Below, piece after piece: positions 42,732-51,342 of a stretch of 64,000 nucleotides of DNA (positions within the stretch are counted from its first letter, which is position 1; every line of letters begins with the position of its first letter). The DNA comes from Rhodospirillaceae bacterium (GTDB taxonomy: Bacteria; Pseudomonadota; Alphaproteobacteria; UBA6615). The notes beneath the pieces were generated by a model that saw only the letters and a program-made list of their open reading frames with translations, had not been told where the DNA came from and ran no database searches. Position numbers and translations under genes: made by a program. The stretch covers positions 91,381-155,380 of the forward strand of contig JABIVD010000029.1 of the NCBI GenBank assembly GCA_018667335.1, written 5' to 3'.

Positions 42732-44156
42732 ATGACCGTTCATTCCACAAGCCGCAACTTCAAGAACAACGCCCGGGATCAGCTCGCCAACGAGGATCTG
42801 CAGGCCGCCCTCAACAAGGCGCGGGGTCACTTCGTCGATGGCCGCGCAACGGCGCGGGACAATCTGCCCGAGTTCGACGACCTGCGTGACCAGGCCCGGG
42901 ACATCAAGGACCACACCCTCGAACATCTCGATTTCTATCTCGAGGCCTATGAGGAAAAGGTCCGCGAGTCCGGCGGCCATGTGCATTGGGCGCGCACGGC
43001 GGCGGATGCGCAGCGGATCGTCCTCGACATCTGCCGGTCGGTTGACGCCAAGCAGGTCAACAAGGGCAAGTCGATGATCGGCGAGGAGATCGAGATCAAC
43101 AAGGCGCTCGAGGCCGACGGCATTCGCCCGATCGAAACGGACCTCGGCGAATACATCATCCAGCTGCGCGGCGAACTGCCGAGCCACATCATCGCGCCGG
43201 CCGTGCATCTGACCAAGGCCCAGGTCGAGACGAGCTTCCGCGAGAACCACACCGAGCTCGATCCCGATCGGGTGCTCGAGGAACCGCTGAGCCTGCTCGA
43301 CGAAGCGCGTACCATTCTGCGCAAGAAATATTTCGAGGCCGAGGTCGGGATCACCGGGGCGAATCTTCTCATCGCCGAGACCGGATCCTCGATCATCGTC
43401 ACCAACGAGGGCAACGGCGATCTGTCGCAGCTGATCCCCAAGGTGCATATCGTGCTGGCGAGCCTCGAGAAGATCGTGCCGACCTTGGAAGACGCGGCCA
43501 CCATTTTGCGGGTGCTGGCACGTTCGGCCACAGGTCAGGAATTCTCCAGCTACACGACGCTCTCGACGGGCCCGAAGCGCGAAGAAGACCCGGACGGGCC
43601 CGAGCAGTATCACGTGGTCCTGCTCGACAACGGCCGCACCGACATGCTCGGCACCGAGTTCGAGGAGATGCTGCGCTGCATTCGCTGCGGTGCCTGCATG
43701 AACCACTGCCCGGTCTACCAGTCGGTCGGCGGCCACGCCTACGGCTGGGTGTATCCGGGGCCGATGGGCTCGGTCCTGTCGCCGGGGCTGATCGGCGTCG
43801 ACGAGGCCGGGCATCTGCCCAACGCCTCGACCTTCTGCGGCCGCTGCGAGGAAGTGTGCCCGATGCACATCCCGCTGCCGAAGATGATGCGCCACTGGCG
43901 TGAACGGGAATTCGAGAGCCATCTCTCGCCGGGCTCGGCCCGGGTTGGCCTCGGCGTGTGGGCGTTCTTCGCCCGCCGGCCGCGGCTGTATCAGATGGCG
44001 ACGGGCCTGCAGATGCGGATGCTGTCCTGGATGGGCCGCAAGCGCGGGCGTCTCTCGTCGCTGCCGCTGGCCAAGGGCTGGACCAAGTATCGCGAACTGC
44101 CCGCACCCCAGGGGCGCACTTTTCAGTCCCGCTGGAAATCCGGGGAGCGCGCCTGA
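42732..44156 (+). CDS. lutB: lactate utilization protein B (4Fe-4S ferredoxin-type, LUD domain)
   Basis: CIRCGACMNHCPVY and CGRCEEVCPM 4Fe-4S motifs. 474 aa. Confidence 0.85.
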   Translation: MTVHSTSRNFKNNARDQLANEDLQAALNKARGHFVDGRATARDNLPEFDDLRDQARDIKDHTLEHLDFYLEAYEEKVRESGGHVHWARTAADAQRIVLDICRSVDAKQVNKGKSMIGEEIEINKALEADGIRPIETDLGEYIIQLRGELPSHIIAPAVHLTKAQVETSFRENHTELDPDRVLEEPLSLLDEARTILRKKYFEAEVGITGANLLIAETGSSIIVTNEGNGDLSQLIPKVHIVLASLEKIVPTLEDAATILRVLARSATGQEFSSYTTLSTGPKREEDPDGPEQYHVVLLDNGRTDMLGTEFEEMLRCIRCGACMNHCPVYQSVGGHAYGWVYPGPMGSVLSPGLIGVDEAGHLPNASTFCGRCEEVCPMHIPLPKMMRHWREREFESHLSPGSARVGLGVWAFFARRPRLYQMATGLQMRMLSWMGRKRGRLSSLPLAKGWTKYRELPAPQGRTFQSRWKSGERA

Positions 44157-44881
44157 TGAGTGACGACTCCAGCAACGGTCGGGATCAGATCCTCTCCTCC
44201 CTGCGCCGCTCGCGCGGCCGGGACGGACCCGTCGACGAAGCCACGGCGGAGACGCTCCGTGCGCGGATCGCCGGGCACAAGCGCAACATCGTGCCCGCAC
44301 GAACCGACACGGATCACGCCGGCCTGGTCGATCTGTTCGAGACCATGGCCCAGAAGGTCTTCGCAACCACGACGCGGGTGTCGGACATGGCCGACGTGCC
44401 CGATGCGGTCGCCGACTATCTGCGCGGTGCGAACCTGCCGTCAGAAGTGGTGATGGCGCCGGACACGGATCTGGATGCCGCGCCCTGGGCCGAGAATTCG
44501 CTGCTCGAAATTCGCCGGGGCGTGCCCGACGAGCCCGATCAGGTGAGCATCACCTCGGCGCCGTCTGCCGTGGCCGAGACCGGCACGCTGGCGATGTATT
44601 CCGGCCCGGCCCACCCGTCGACCCTGAATTTCGTCCCCGAGACCCATGTCGTGGTGCTGCCGGCCAGCCGGGTCGTCAAATCCTATGAAGACGTGTTCGA
44701 TGCGGTGCGCGAACTGGCGGCCGATCCGGATTCGGGCCGTGGCGGCCTGCCGCCACGCACAGTGAACTTCGTCACCGGCCCGTCCCGCTCGGGCGACATC
44801 GAGCAGACCCTGTTGCTTGGCGCGCATGGCCCCCGGCGGCTGCACATCGTCATCGTCGAAGACGGCGCGGACAACGGCTGA
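44156..44881 (+). CDS. lutC: lactate utilization protein C (LUD domain)
   Basis: ATGA overlap with the lutB stop. Position and size match LutC. ORF track extends to 43958. Confidence 0.7.
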   Translation: MSDDSSNGRDQILSSLRRSRGRDGPVDEATAETLRARIAGHKRNIVPARTDTDHAGLVDLFETMAQKVFATTTRVSDMADVPDAVADYLRGANLPSEVVMAPDTDLDAAPWAENSLLEIRRGVPDEPDQVSITSAPSAVAETGTLAMYSGPAHPSTLNFVPETHVVVLPASRVVKSYEDVFDAVRELAADPDSGRGGLPPRTVNFVTGPSRSGDIEQTLLLGAHGPRRLHIVIVEDGADNG

Positions 44882-44889
44882 ACGCGGTC

Positions 44890-45480
44890 ATGTCGGCGCC
44901 CGGCAAGAAAAACGGCAACAAGGCGGATGACGACGACGATACGGATTTGTTTCGCCGCGCGCTCTCCGATGCCGCACCCCTGAAGCGACGGCGCCCGCAA
45001 CCCTCCGAGAAAAAGGCTGTCGCGGCCAAGCCAAAGCCTGCGAAGAAACCCGTCAAAAGTAAACCAATGATCACGCCGCCCGTCGCTGCGCCGCGCCCTG
45101 TCGCACGGCCGACCCCGCCGCCAGATATCGCCGCCAGCGACTATGCGGGTGTCGACCGACGCACCGCCGAACGGTTCCGACGGGGGAAGTTGCCCATCGA
45201 GGGGCGGCTCGACCTGCACGGTCTCTACCAGGACGCCGCCCAGGACGCCCTCACCCGCTTCATTACGGATAGTGCTGCCAGCGGCCGCCGGATGGTGCTG
45301 GTGATTACGGGGCGCGGGTCGCGCGAGGGCTCGGGCGTGCTGCGCGAGCGCCTGCCCCAGTGGCTCAACCAGCCGCCGTGCCGGGCGCATGTGCTGGCGT
45401 TCACCCCGGCGCGCCCGGAACATGGCCGCGACGGGGCCTTCTATGTGCTGCTGCGCCGCAAGCGTGGGGATAGAGGATGA
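44890..45480 (+). CDS. Smr-domain protein
   Basis: IEGRLDLHGLYQDAAQDALTRFITDSAASGRRMVLVITGRG Smr signature. Basic N-terminal region. Confidence 0.75.
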   Translation: MSAPGKKNGNKADDDDDTDLFRRALSDAAPLKRRRPQPSEKKAVAAKPKPAKKPVKSKPMITPPVAAPRPVARPTPPPDIAASDYAGVDRRTAERFRRGKLPIEGRLDLHGLYQDAAQDALTRFITDSAASGRRMVLVITGRGSREGSGVLRERLPQWLNQPPCRAHVLAFTPARPEHGRDGAFYVLLRRKRGDRG

Positions 45481-45836
45481 CGCCGTTCGGCGCGAAGGTG
45501 CGGGTGTATCGCGCAGAACGGAAGCTGACCCTGAAGGCGATGGCGGCGGATCTGCAGCTGTCACCGGCGTATTTATCGTCTCTTGAACATGGCTATCGCG
45601 GCCGCCCGTCCGAAGCCCTGGTGGTGCAGATCTGCGAGTATTTCAACCTGATCTGGGACGATTACGAGGAGATGCACCGGCTCGCCGCGTTGTCTCACCC
45701 CAAGGTCACGGTCGACACATCGGGCCTGACCGCGACCCACACGGAGCTCGCCAACACCCTGGCCGAGAAGGTGCGCGATCTGTCGGAACAGGACGCTGTC
45801 GCGATTCTCGCGCGGCTCCGCGGGGATTTGTTTTAG
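45477..45836 (+). CDS. XRE-family helix-turn-helix protein
   Basis: VRVYRAERKLTLKAMAADLQLSPAYLSSLEHG. ATGA overlap with the smr stop. Confidence 0.7.
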   Translation: MTPFGAKVRVYRAERKLTLKAMAADLQLSPAYLSSLEHGYRGRPSEALVVQICEYFNLIWDDYEEMHRLAALSHPKVTVDTSGLTATHTELANTLAEKVRDLSEQDAVAILARLRGDLF

Positions 45837-45855
45837 GGGGGCGGAACACCGTGTT

Positions 45856-45885
45856 GAGATGCCCGGATCAAGTCCGGGCATGACG
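45856..45885. repeat. hairpin repeat type A
   Basis: GAGATGCCCGGATCAAGTCCGGGCATGACG. Confidence 0.75.
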
Positions 45886-45918
45886 CAAGTGGGGTTAGTG
45901 GTGGACCAATACAAACCC

Positions 45919-45947
45919 GTCATGCGCGCACTTGATCCGCGCATCTC
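45919..45947. repeat. hairpin repeat type B
   Basis: GTCATGCGCGCACTTGATCCGCGCATCTC. Confidence 0.75.
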
Positions 45948-45951
45948 TGTC

Positions 45952-46239
45952 TCAGACCAGCGTGTCGTAGAGATCGGTCCAATCAGGATTGGTTGTTTCG
46001 ATAAGGCCTGTCTTCCAGGAACGCGACCAGTGTTTGATGGTTTTCTCACGCTGGATGGCATCACGGATGTCGTTGTGGGTCTCGACATAGACGAGGCGTT
46101 TCAGGCGGTAGCGTTGCGTGAACCCTTCGACGACGCCCTCGCGGTGTTCCCAGGCGCGACGCGCAATATCTGAGGTGACGCCCACATAGAGCGTCCCGTC
46201 GCGTCTGTTGGTGACAATGTAGACCCAGCCGCCCGACAT
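45952..46239 (-). CDS. GIY-YIG nuclease-family small protein (UPF0213-like)
   Basis: GWVYIVTNRRDGTLYVGVTSDIARRAWEHREG GIY-YIG motif. 95 aa. Flanked on both sides by A/B hairpin repeat pairs. Confidence 0.8.
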   Translation of the reverse strand: MSGGWVYIVTNRRDGTLYVGVTSDIARRAWEHREGVVEGFTQRYRLKRLVYVETHNDIRDAIQREKTIKHWSRSWKTGLIETTNPDWTDLYDTLV

Positions 46240-46269
46240 GGAATCGGTCCTTTCGGGCAGACCTTAGCC

Positions 46270-46299
46270 GAGATGCCCGGGTCAAGTCCGGGCATGACG
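46270..46299. repeat. hairpin repeat type A
   Basis: GAGATGCCCGGGTCAAGTCCGGGCATGACG. Confidence 0.75.
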
Positions 46300-46332
46300 C
46301 AGGTGGTTGGGTGCCGTGTTTTCCCTAGTACC

Positions 46333-46361
46333 GTCATGCGCGGACTTGATCCGCGCATCTC
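46333..46361. repeat. hairpin repeat type B
   Basis: GTCATGCGCGGACTTGATCCGCGCATCTC. Confidence 0.75.
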
Positions 46362-46375
46362 GCCGACACCGAGAC

Positions 46376-46405
46376 GAGATACCCGGGTCGAGCCCGGGTA
46401 TGACG
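46376..46405. repeat. hairpin repeat type A variant
   Basis: GAGATACCCGGGTCGAGCCCGGGTATGACG, with compensatory stem changes. Confidence 0.65.
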
Positions 46406-46471
46406 CACTAAAAAAGAGCGGGAGTGGCGGAGTGTGTTTGGTCGGTTGATTCCTGCCCCCGAAAAGCAGAA

Positions 46472-46499
46472 GGGGCGGGTTTGAAACCCGCCCCTACGA
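46472..46499 (-). terminator. terminator hairpin identical to the rho terminator (GGGGCGGGTTTGAAACCCGCCCC)
   Basis: 27-bp identity with 30036-30060. Lies just 3' of the minus-strand cyclase gene. Confidence 0.5.
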
Positions 46500-46526
46500 A
46501 CTTTTCGGATATGTAATGTCGAACGT

Positions 46527-47312
46527 TTAGTCGAACATCATCGCGACGCAGCGGATCCAGCCGCCTGACGCGCCCTTGATCTTCCACGGCATGCAGCTGA
46601 CCATGAAGCCGTGGTCGGGCAGCGTCTCCAGGTTGAGCAGCTTCTCCATGTGGCAGTAGGGCTGCTCGATGCCGGCCCAGTGGCCCTGCCAGACCGCCAG
46701 CGCATCTTTGTCGCGGGCATAGCTTTCCTGCTGCAGCGCGAACGGTGCGTCCCAGCCCCAGGCGTCGATGCCCGTCACCCGCACGCCATGGTCACGGGTC
46801 ATGAAGAGCGTTGCCTCCTTGCCCATGCCGATGCCGCGGGAGAGATATTCCTCGGTGCCGTAATACTCTGACGCCTTGGTGTTCACGAGCACGATGTCCA
46901 GCGGCTGCAGCTCATAGTCGATGCGCTTGAGCTCGGCCTCGATGTCGGACACCTGGACGATGTAGCCGTCGGGCATGTCGCGGAAATCGAACTTCACGGC
47001 CGGGCGATAGAACCAGTCGAGCGGCAGCTCGTCGATGGTCTGCATCGGGTTCCCGTCCTTGTCGTGGGAATGATAGTGCCACGGCGCGTCGATATGGGTG
47101 CCGTTGTGGGTCGTCAGGGTGACGATCTCCCAGGCCCAGCCCTCGCCATCGGGCAGGTCGACGGCATTCATGCCGGGGAAGAAGCTGGCCATCGCCTCGG
47201 CGTTCTCCGCCTGGCTCACATACTGGATCTTCGGGCGCATGATCTCGGGATCGACGATTGTGTCGTTGTCGAGCGCCATCGAGAGATCGATGATCTTTGT
47301 GGGTATCTGCAT
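46527..47312 (-). CDS. cyclase-family protein (kynurenine formamidase-like)
   Basis: MQIPTKIIDLSMALDNDT...TTHNGTHIDAPWHY is the putative-cyclase (His-x-Gly-Thr-His-x-Asp) signature. ORF track extends to 47417, with the extension encoded by a hairpin repeat. Confidence 0.8.
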   Translation of the reverse strand: MQIPTKIIDLSMALDNDTIVDPEIMRPKIQYVSQAENAEAMASFFPGMNAVDLPDGEGWAWEIVTLTTHNGTHIDAPWHYHSHDKDGNPMQTIDELPLDWFYRPAVKFDFRDMPDGYIVQVSDIEAELKRIDYELQPLDIVLVNTKASEYYGTEEYLSRGIGMGKEATLFMTRDHGVRVTGIDAWGWDAPFALQQESYARDKDALAVWQGHWAGIEQPYCHMEKLLNLETLPDHGFMVSCMPWKIKGASGGWIRCVAMMFD

Positions 47313-47391
47313 GGCTTGGTCTTCCCCTGAAGCGTGTTGATTGGTTGGCGCCAGTCTACGACGACGCAACGCAGCGGGGAAAGCTGTGCAT

Positions 47392-47421
47392 GAGATGCCC
47401 GGATCAAGTCCGGGCATGACG
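47392..47421. repeat. hairpin repeat type A
   Basis: GAGATGCCCGGATCAAGTCCGGGCATGACG. Confidence 0.75.
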
Positions 47422-47453
47422 GGGTTTTTGATGGCGCGGTTCTAATCCGTTTC

Positions 47454-47482
47454 GTCATACGCGGACTTGATCCGCGTATCTT
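47454..47482. repeat. hairpin repeat type B
   Basis: GTCATACGCGGACTTGATCCGCGTATCTT. Confidence 0.75.
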
Positions 47483-47504
47483 GTCCAGTTCCCGCGCGAA
47501 GCGC

Positions 47505-48815
47505 CTACAGAATGAACTTCGACAGGTCGGCGTTCTTGGTCAGCTCCTCGAGCCGATCCCGGACCATGGCCTCGTCGATCTCGATCTCCTCGCCGTCCCG
47601 GTCGGGCGCGGAGAAGCTGATCTCTTCGAGCAGGCGTTCGAGCACCGTGTGCAGGCGCCGCGCGCCGATATTCTCCACCGACTGATTGATCACCGCCGAC
47701 AGCTCCGCGAGCGTATCGATCGCGCCTTCGGTGAAGTTGAGGGTGACGCCTTCCGTGCCCATCAGCGCCACATACTGGCGGATCAGGCTGTTCTCCGGCT
47801 CGCGCAGGATGCGGCCAAAATCACTCTCGGTCAGCGCGCTCAGCTCGACCCGGATCGGCAGCCGGCCCTGGAGTTCGGGCAGCAGGTCCGAGGGCTTGGC
47901 CAGGTGGAACGCGCCCGAGGCGATGAACAGGATATGGTCGGTCTTCACCGCGCCATGCTTGGTGACGACGGTCGTGCCCTCGATCAGCGGCAGCAGGTCG
48001 CGCTGCACGCCCTCGCGGCTGACGTCGGCGCCCTGCCGGTCTGAGCGGGCCGTGATCTTGTCGATCTCATCGAGGAAGACGATGCCGTCATCCTCGACGG
48101 ATTTGAGCGCCTCGCGGACCAGTTTCTCATCGTCGAGCAGCTTGTCGGCCTCGTCGGCGATCAGCACCTCGTAGCTTTCCAAAACGGTCATCTTGCGGGG
48201 CTTGGTCTGTTGGCCGAGCGCCTTTCCCAGCATGTCGTTCAGGTTGATCATGCCCATCTGGCCGCCGGGCATGCCCGGGATGTCCATGGTCGGCAAGCCG
48301 CCGGCGCCGGAATCGGCCACCTGGATCTCGATCTCCTTGTCGTCGAGCTCCCCGGCGCGCAGTTTCTCGCGGAACGAGGCGCGGGTGGATTCGCCTGAAT
48401 TCTCTCCCACCAGCGCGTCCAGCACGCGGGCCTCGGCGTTGAACTCTGCCTGGGCGACGACCTCCTTGCGGCGGACCTCGCGGGTCATCAGGATCGACTG
48501 TTCGACCAGGTCGCGGATGATCGATTCCACGTCGCGGCCGACATAGCCGACCTCGGTGAATTTGGTCGCCTCGATCTTGATGAAGGGCGCGTTGGCGAGC
48601 CGCGCCAGGCGGCGCGAAATCTCGGTCTTGCCGACGCCGGTCGGGCCGATCATCAGGATGTTCTTGGGCAATACCTCTTCACGCATATCGCCGGTCAGCT
48701 GCTGGCGGCGCCAGCGGTTGCGCAAGGCGATGGCGACGGCGCGCTTGGCGTCGTCCTGGCCGATGATGAAACGGTCGAGCTCGGAAACGATCTCGCGCGG
48801 GGAAAAATTGCTCAT
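47505..48815 (-). CDS. hslU: ATP-dependent protease ATPase subunit HslU
   Basis: [27 protein letters not shown]. Walker [11 protein letters not shown]. Confidence 0.95.
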   Translation of the reverse strand: MSNFSPREIVSELDRFIIGQDDAKRAVAIALRNRWRRQQLTGDMREEVLPKNILMIGPTGVGKTEISRRLARLANAPFIKIEATKFTEVGYVGRDVESIIRDLVEQSILMTREVRRKEVVAQAEFNAEARVLDALVGENSGESTRASFREKLRAGELDDKEIEIQVADSGAGGLPTMDIPGMPGGQMGMINLNDMLGKALGQQTKPRKMTVLESYEVLIADEADKLLDDEKLVREALKSVEDDGIVFLDEIDKITARSDRQGADVSREGVQRDLLPLIEGTTVVTKHGAVKTDHILFIASGAFHLAKPSDLLPELQGRLPIRVELSALTESDFGRILREPENSLIRQYVALMGTEGVTLNFTEGAIDTLAELSAVINQSVENIGARRLHTVLERLLEEISFSAPDRDGEEIEIDEAMVRDRLEELTKNADLSKFIL

Positions 48816-49372
48816 AGGCTTTCGATCGTCACGTTGGTGTTGGTGTAGACGCAGATGTCGGCGGCGATGGCCATCGCCTTCTCGGCGACCTGGCGGGGGG
48901 TGAGGTCTTCCTGGTCGACCAGGGCGCGGGCCGCGGCCAGGGCATAGTTGCCGCCGGACCCGATGGCGATGATGCCGTCGTCGGGCTCCAGCACGTCGCC
49001 GGTGCCGGTCAGGACCAGGGAGGTGTCCTTGCTGGCGACCGCCATCATGGCTTCGAGGCGGCGCAGATACCGGTCGGTGCGCCAGTCCTTGGCGAGCTCC
49101 ACGCAGGCGCGGGTGAGCTGACCGGGATATTGTTCGAGTTTCGTCTCGAGCCGCTCGAACAGGGTCATCGCGTCGGCGGTCGCACCGGCGAAACCGGCGA
49201 TGACGCTGCCGTCGCCCAGGGGGCGGACCTTGCGCGCGGTGGCCTTGATCACGGTCTGTCCCAGGGTGACCTGTCCATCACCCGCGATCACCACATCGTT
49301 GCCCTTGCGCACGGACAGGATCGTGGTGCCGTGCCAGGACGGGATGCGGTCGTCGGATTGGTATGTGTTCAT
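48812..49372 (-). CDS. hslV: ATP-dependent protease subunit HslV
   Basis: [23 protein letters not shown] with N-terminal Thr active site. Overlaps the hslU start. Confidence 0.93.
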   Translation of the reverse strand: MNTYQSDDRIPSWHGTTILSVRKGNDVVIAGDGQVTLGQTVIKATARKVRPLGDGSVIAGFAGATADAMTLFERLETKLEQYPGQLTRACVELAKDWRTDRYLRRLEAMMAVASKDTSLVLTGTGDVLEPDDGIIAIGSGGNYALAAARALVDQEDLTPRQVAEKAMAIAADICVYTNTNVTIESL

Positions 49373-49466
49373 GGTAGCGGTCCGCGATCAGTCAGGGGGT
49401 GGTCAGTCGGGGTGGCCCTGAGTCCTGACGCATCCGGGCGACAGGCGCAATGGCCGCCGCCCTTCC

Positions 49467-49494
49467 ATGTGGGGCCGCAGGCGTGGGGATCAAG
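49467..49494 (-). promoter_or_regulatory. sigma-32 (RpoH)-type heat-shock promoter for hslVU
   Basis: On the minus strand: CTTGAT (49494-49489), N14, CCCCACAT (49474-49467), against the consensus CTTGAA-N13-15-CCCCATnT. About 95 nt upstream of the hslV ATG. Confidence 0.55.
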
Positions 49495-49542
49495 CCCTGC
49501 CGGGGTGCGCGATGGGCCGTCGCGCGCGGCCCAAGTCCGTGC

Positions 49543-50505
49543 TCAGGCGTGGATTTCGAGGAGAAAGGAGAAGGGCGTGTTGTAGCCGCCGGCCTCGATC
49601 TCGTTCGCGCCAATGTGAAGCGGGATCACATTGCGCGGTTCGTCGAGGCCGATCCGCTCGCCGTTGACCACGGTGCCGAGCTGGCTGCCGGCGTCGCGGA
49701 TCATCAGGCCTGGCCGCCCGAGCTCGATCAGGAAATGGTTCCGCGAGAGGTTGTAGGGCCGTTCGTCGGGAAACTGGAGGACGATGTCGGTCCGCGGGGT
49801 CTGCTCACCGCGCTTGGGCTTGCGGCCGACGCCGAACGGCGTCTCGTTGATCTTGACGCCGCGCCGGGGCATGCCGCTGCGGGTCGCGTCGCTGGCCGGC
49901 TTGAGCCAGATCGTGGACCAGCTGCCCATCTCGGCGACATCGCCGGCATGTGTGGCCTTGCGTGTGCGCTTTCCGGTGATGGAGACGACATTGGAGTCGG
50001 CTTCGCGCAGGAGCTGATCGAGGGGTGATTCGGTGTCTGAATCTACGCGTGACACCATTCCTGCGTCAGTTCCTGATTCAATTCCTGATTCAATTCCTGA
50101 TTCTGCGTCTGGCACCAGCGTCAGGCCTGCGAGCAACTGGGTCGCCGCCCTTCGCACCATGTCCGGGTGTCGCGCCAACTCCGCCGCGACGGTGCCCCGA
50201 TCCACCATGACGGCCTCGACAGGCCCGGCGGCGATGGCGCTCAGATCCTGTCGTCCGCCGAACAGCAGGCTCGCTGCGCCGATCACGTCGCCCTGGCGTG
50301 CGTCCCCCAGCAGAGTGCCGGTTGCGTTGCGCAGCTCGACGCGGCCCGTGACAATCACGAAACCCGCGTCCGGGTCCTCGCCGGCGCGGAGCAGAAAATC
50401 CTGATCGGAAAAGACGCGGGTGCGTCCGGGTAAGGTGTTCATGAGCAAGCAAGTAATGAAGTGGACGAATTGACGTATGATGCCGAAGTTCGCCTGATCC
50501 GCCAA
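49543..50505 (-). CDS. cyclic-nucleotide-binding domain + FHA domain fusion protein
   Basis: N-terminal cNMP-binding fold (FLLRAGEDPDAGFVIVTGRVEL...GDVIGAASLL). ESGIESGIESG linker. C-terminal FHA signature (YNLSRNHFLIELGRPGLMIRDAGSQLGTVVNGERI). TTG start at 50505 per ORF track; alternative ATG at 50442. Confidence 0.7.
   Translation of the reverse strand: MADQANFGIIRQFVHFITCLLMNTLPGRTRVFSDQDFLLRAGEDPDAGFVIVTGRVELRNATGTLLGDARQGDVIGAASLLFGGRQDLSAIAAGPVEAVMVDRGTVAAELARHPDMVRRAATQLLAGLTLVPDAESGIESGIESGTDAGMVSRVDSDTESPLDQLLREADSNVVSITGKRTRKATHAGDVAEMGSWSTIWLKPASDATRSGMPRRGVKINETPFGVGRKPKRGEQTPRTDIVLQFPDERPYNLSRNHFLIELGRPGLMIRDAGSQLGTVVNGERIGLDEPRNVIPLHIGANEIEAGGYNTPFSFLLEIHA
50069..50104. repeat. 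12-bp tandem repeat x3 (attcctgattca) encoding the ESGI linker
   Basis: Seen in sequence; in-frame, within the coding region. Confidence 0.5.
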
Positions 50506-50610
50506 TCCGATTTACGCGCATTGGTATGTGGTGCGGGATGGCGCCGGGCGGCCGCGCCTGCTATCTAGGCGCCGCATTCGGCCCAAAACGGGCCTGCAGG
50601 AGAAAAAACC

Positions 50611-51252
50611 ATGAGTGTTCAGGAGCTTCCGGGGCGCAAGGACGGCGAAGGACGTACCGCCGAAGTCGTGCGCACGACGAAGGAAACCGACATCTCCGTC
50701 GCGGTAAATCTCGACGGCACCGGTGCCTATGATGTGGAAACGGGCATCGGCTTCCTCGACCACATGCTCGAGCAGCTCTCGCGGCACAGCCTGATCGACC
50801 TGACGGTGCGCGCGAAGGGTGACCTGCACATCGATTTCCACCACACGACCGAGGACAGCGGCTATGCCGTCGGCGAGGCGATCAGCAAGGCGCTGGGCGA
50901 CCGGCGCGGCATCCGCCGCTATGGCGACGCGCTGGTGCCGATGGACGAGACCCTGACCCGGGTCGCGCTGGATGCGTCCAACCGCCCCCACCTCGTGTGG
51001 AAGGTGCCGTTCACGCGCCCGAAACTGGGCGATATGGACACCGAGCTGTTCCAGGAATGGTACCGGGCATTCGCACAGTCCGCCGGGCTGACGCTGCATG
51101 TCGAGACGCTGTATGGCGAGAACAATCATCATATGATTGAGTCCTGCTACAAGGGCCTCGCCCGCGCCTTGCGCATTGCCGTGGAGATCGATCCGCGTCG
51201 CGCCGACGATGTGCCGTCGACCAAGGGTGTTCTGGGCGGTTCCATAGATTAG
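50611..51252 (+). CDS. hisB: imidazoleglycerol-phosphate dehydratase
   Basis: [11 protein letters not shown] and [14 protein letters not shown] motifs. AGGAG SD. Confidence 0.92.
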   Translation: MSVQELPGRKDGEGRTAEVVRTTKETDISVAVNLDGTGAYDVETGIGFLDHMLEQLSRHSLIDLTVRAKGDLHIDFHHTTEDSGYAVGEAISKALGDRRGIRRYGDALVPMDETLTRVALDASNRPHLVWKVPFTRPKLGDMDTELFQEWYRAFAQSAGLTLHVETLYGENNHHMIESCYKGLARALRIAVEIDPRRADDVPSTKGVLGGSID

Positions 51253-51342
51253 GTTTGGGATTAAGCTGGAATTAAGCTGGGACCAAGCCAAGACCAAACA
51301 GGTCGCTGGTTGGCCTCGTAGCCCTACGGCAAGTTGTACGCG

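Noticed and set aside
42366-44366. 666-aa minus-strand ORF antisense to lutB/lutC
   Set aside because: High-GC antisense artefact (Arg/Pro/Ala-rich). lutB has intact 4Fe-4S motifs on the plus strand.
50069-50104. Possible CRISPR-like short repeats (attcctgattca x3), and 8539-8601
   Set aside because: Perfect tandem repeats without spacers, inside coding regions, in frame. No cas genes. These are coding microsatellites, not CRISPR.
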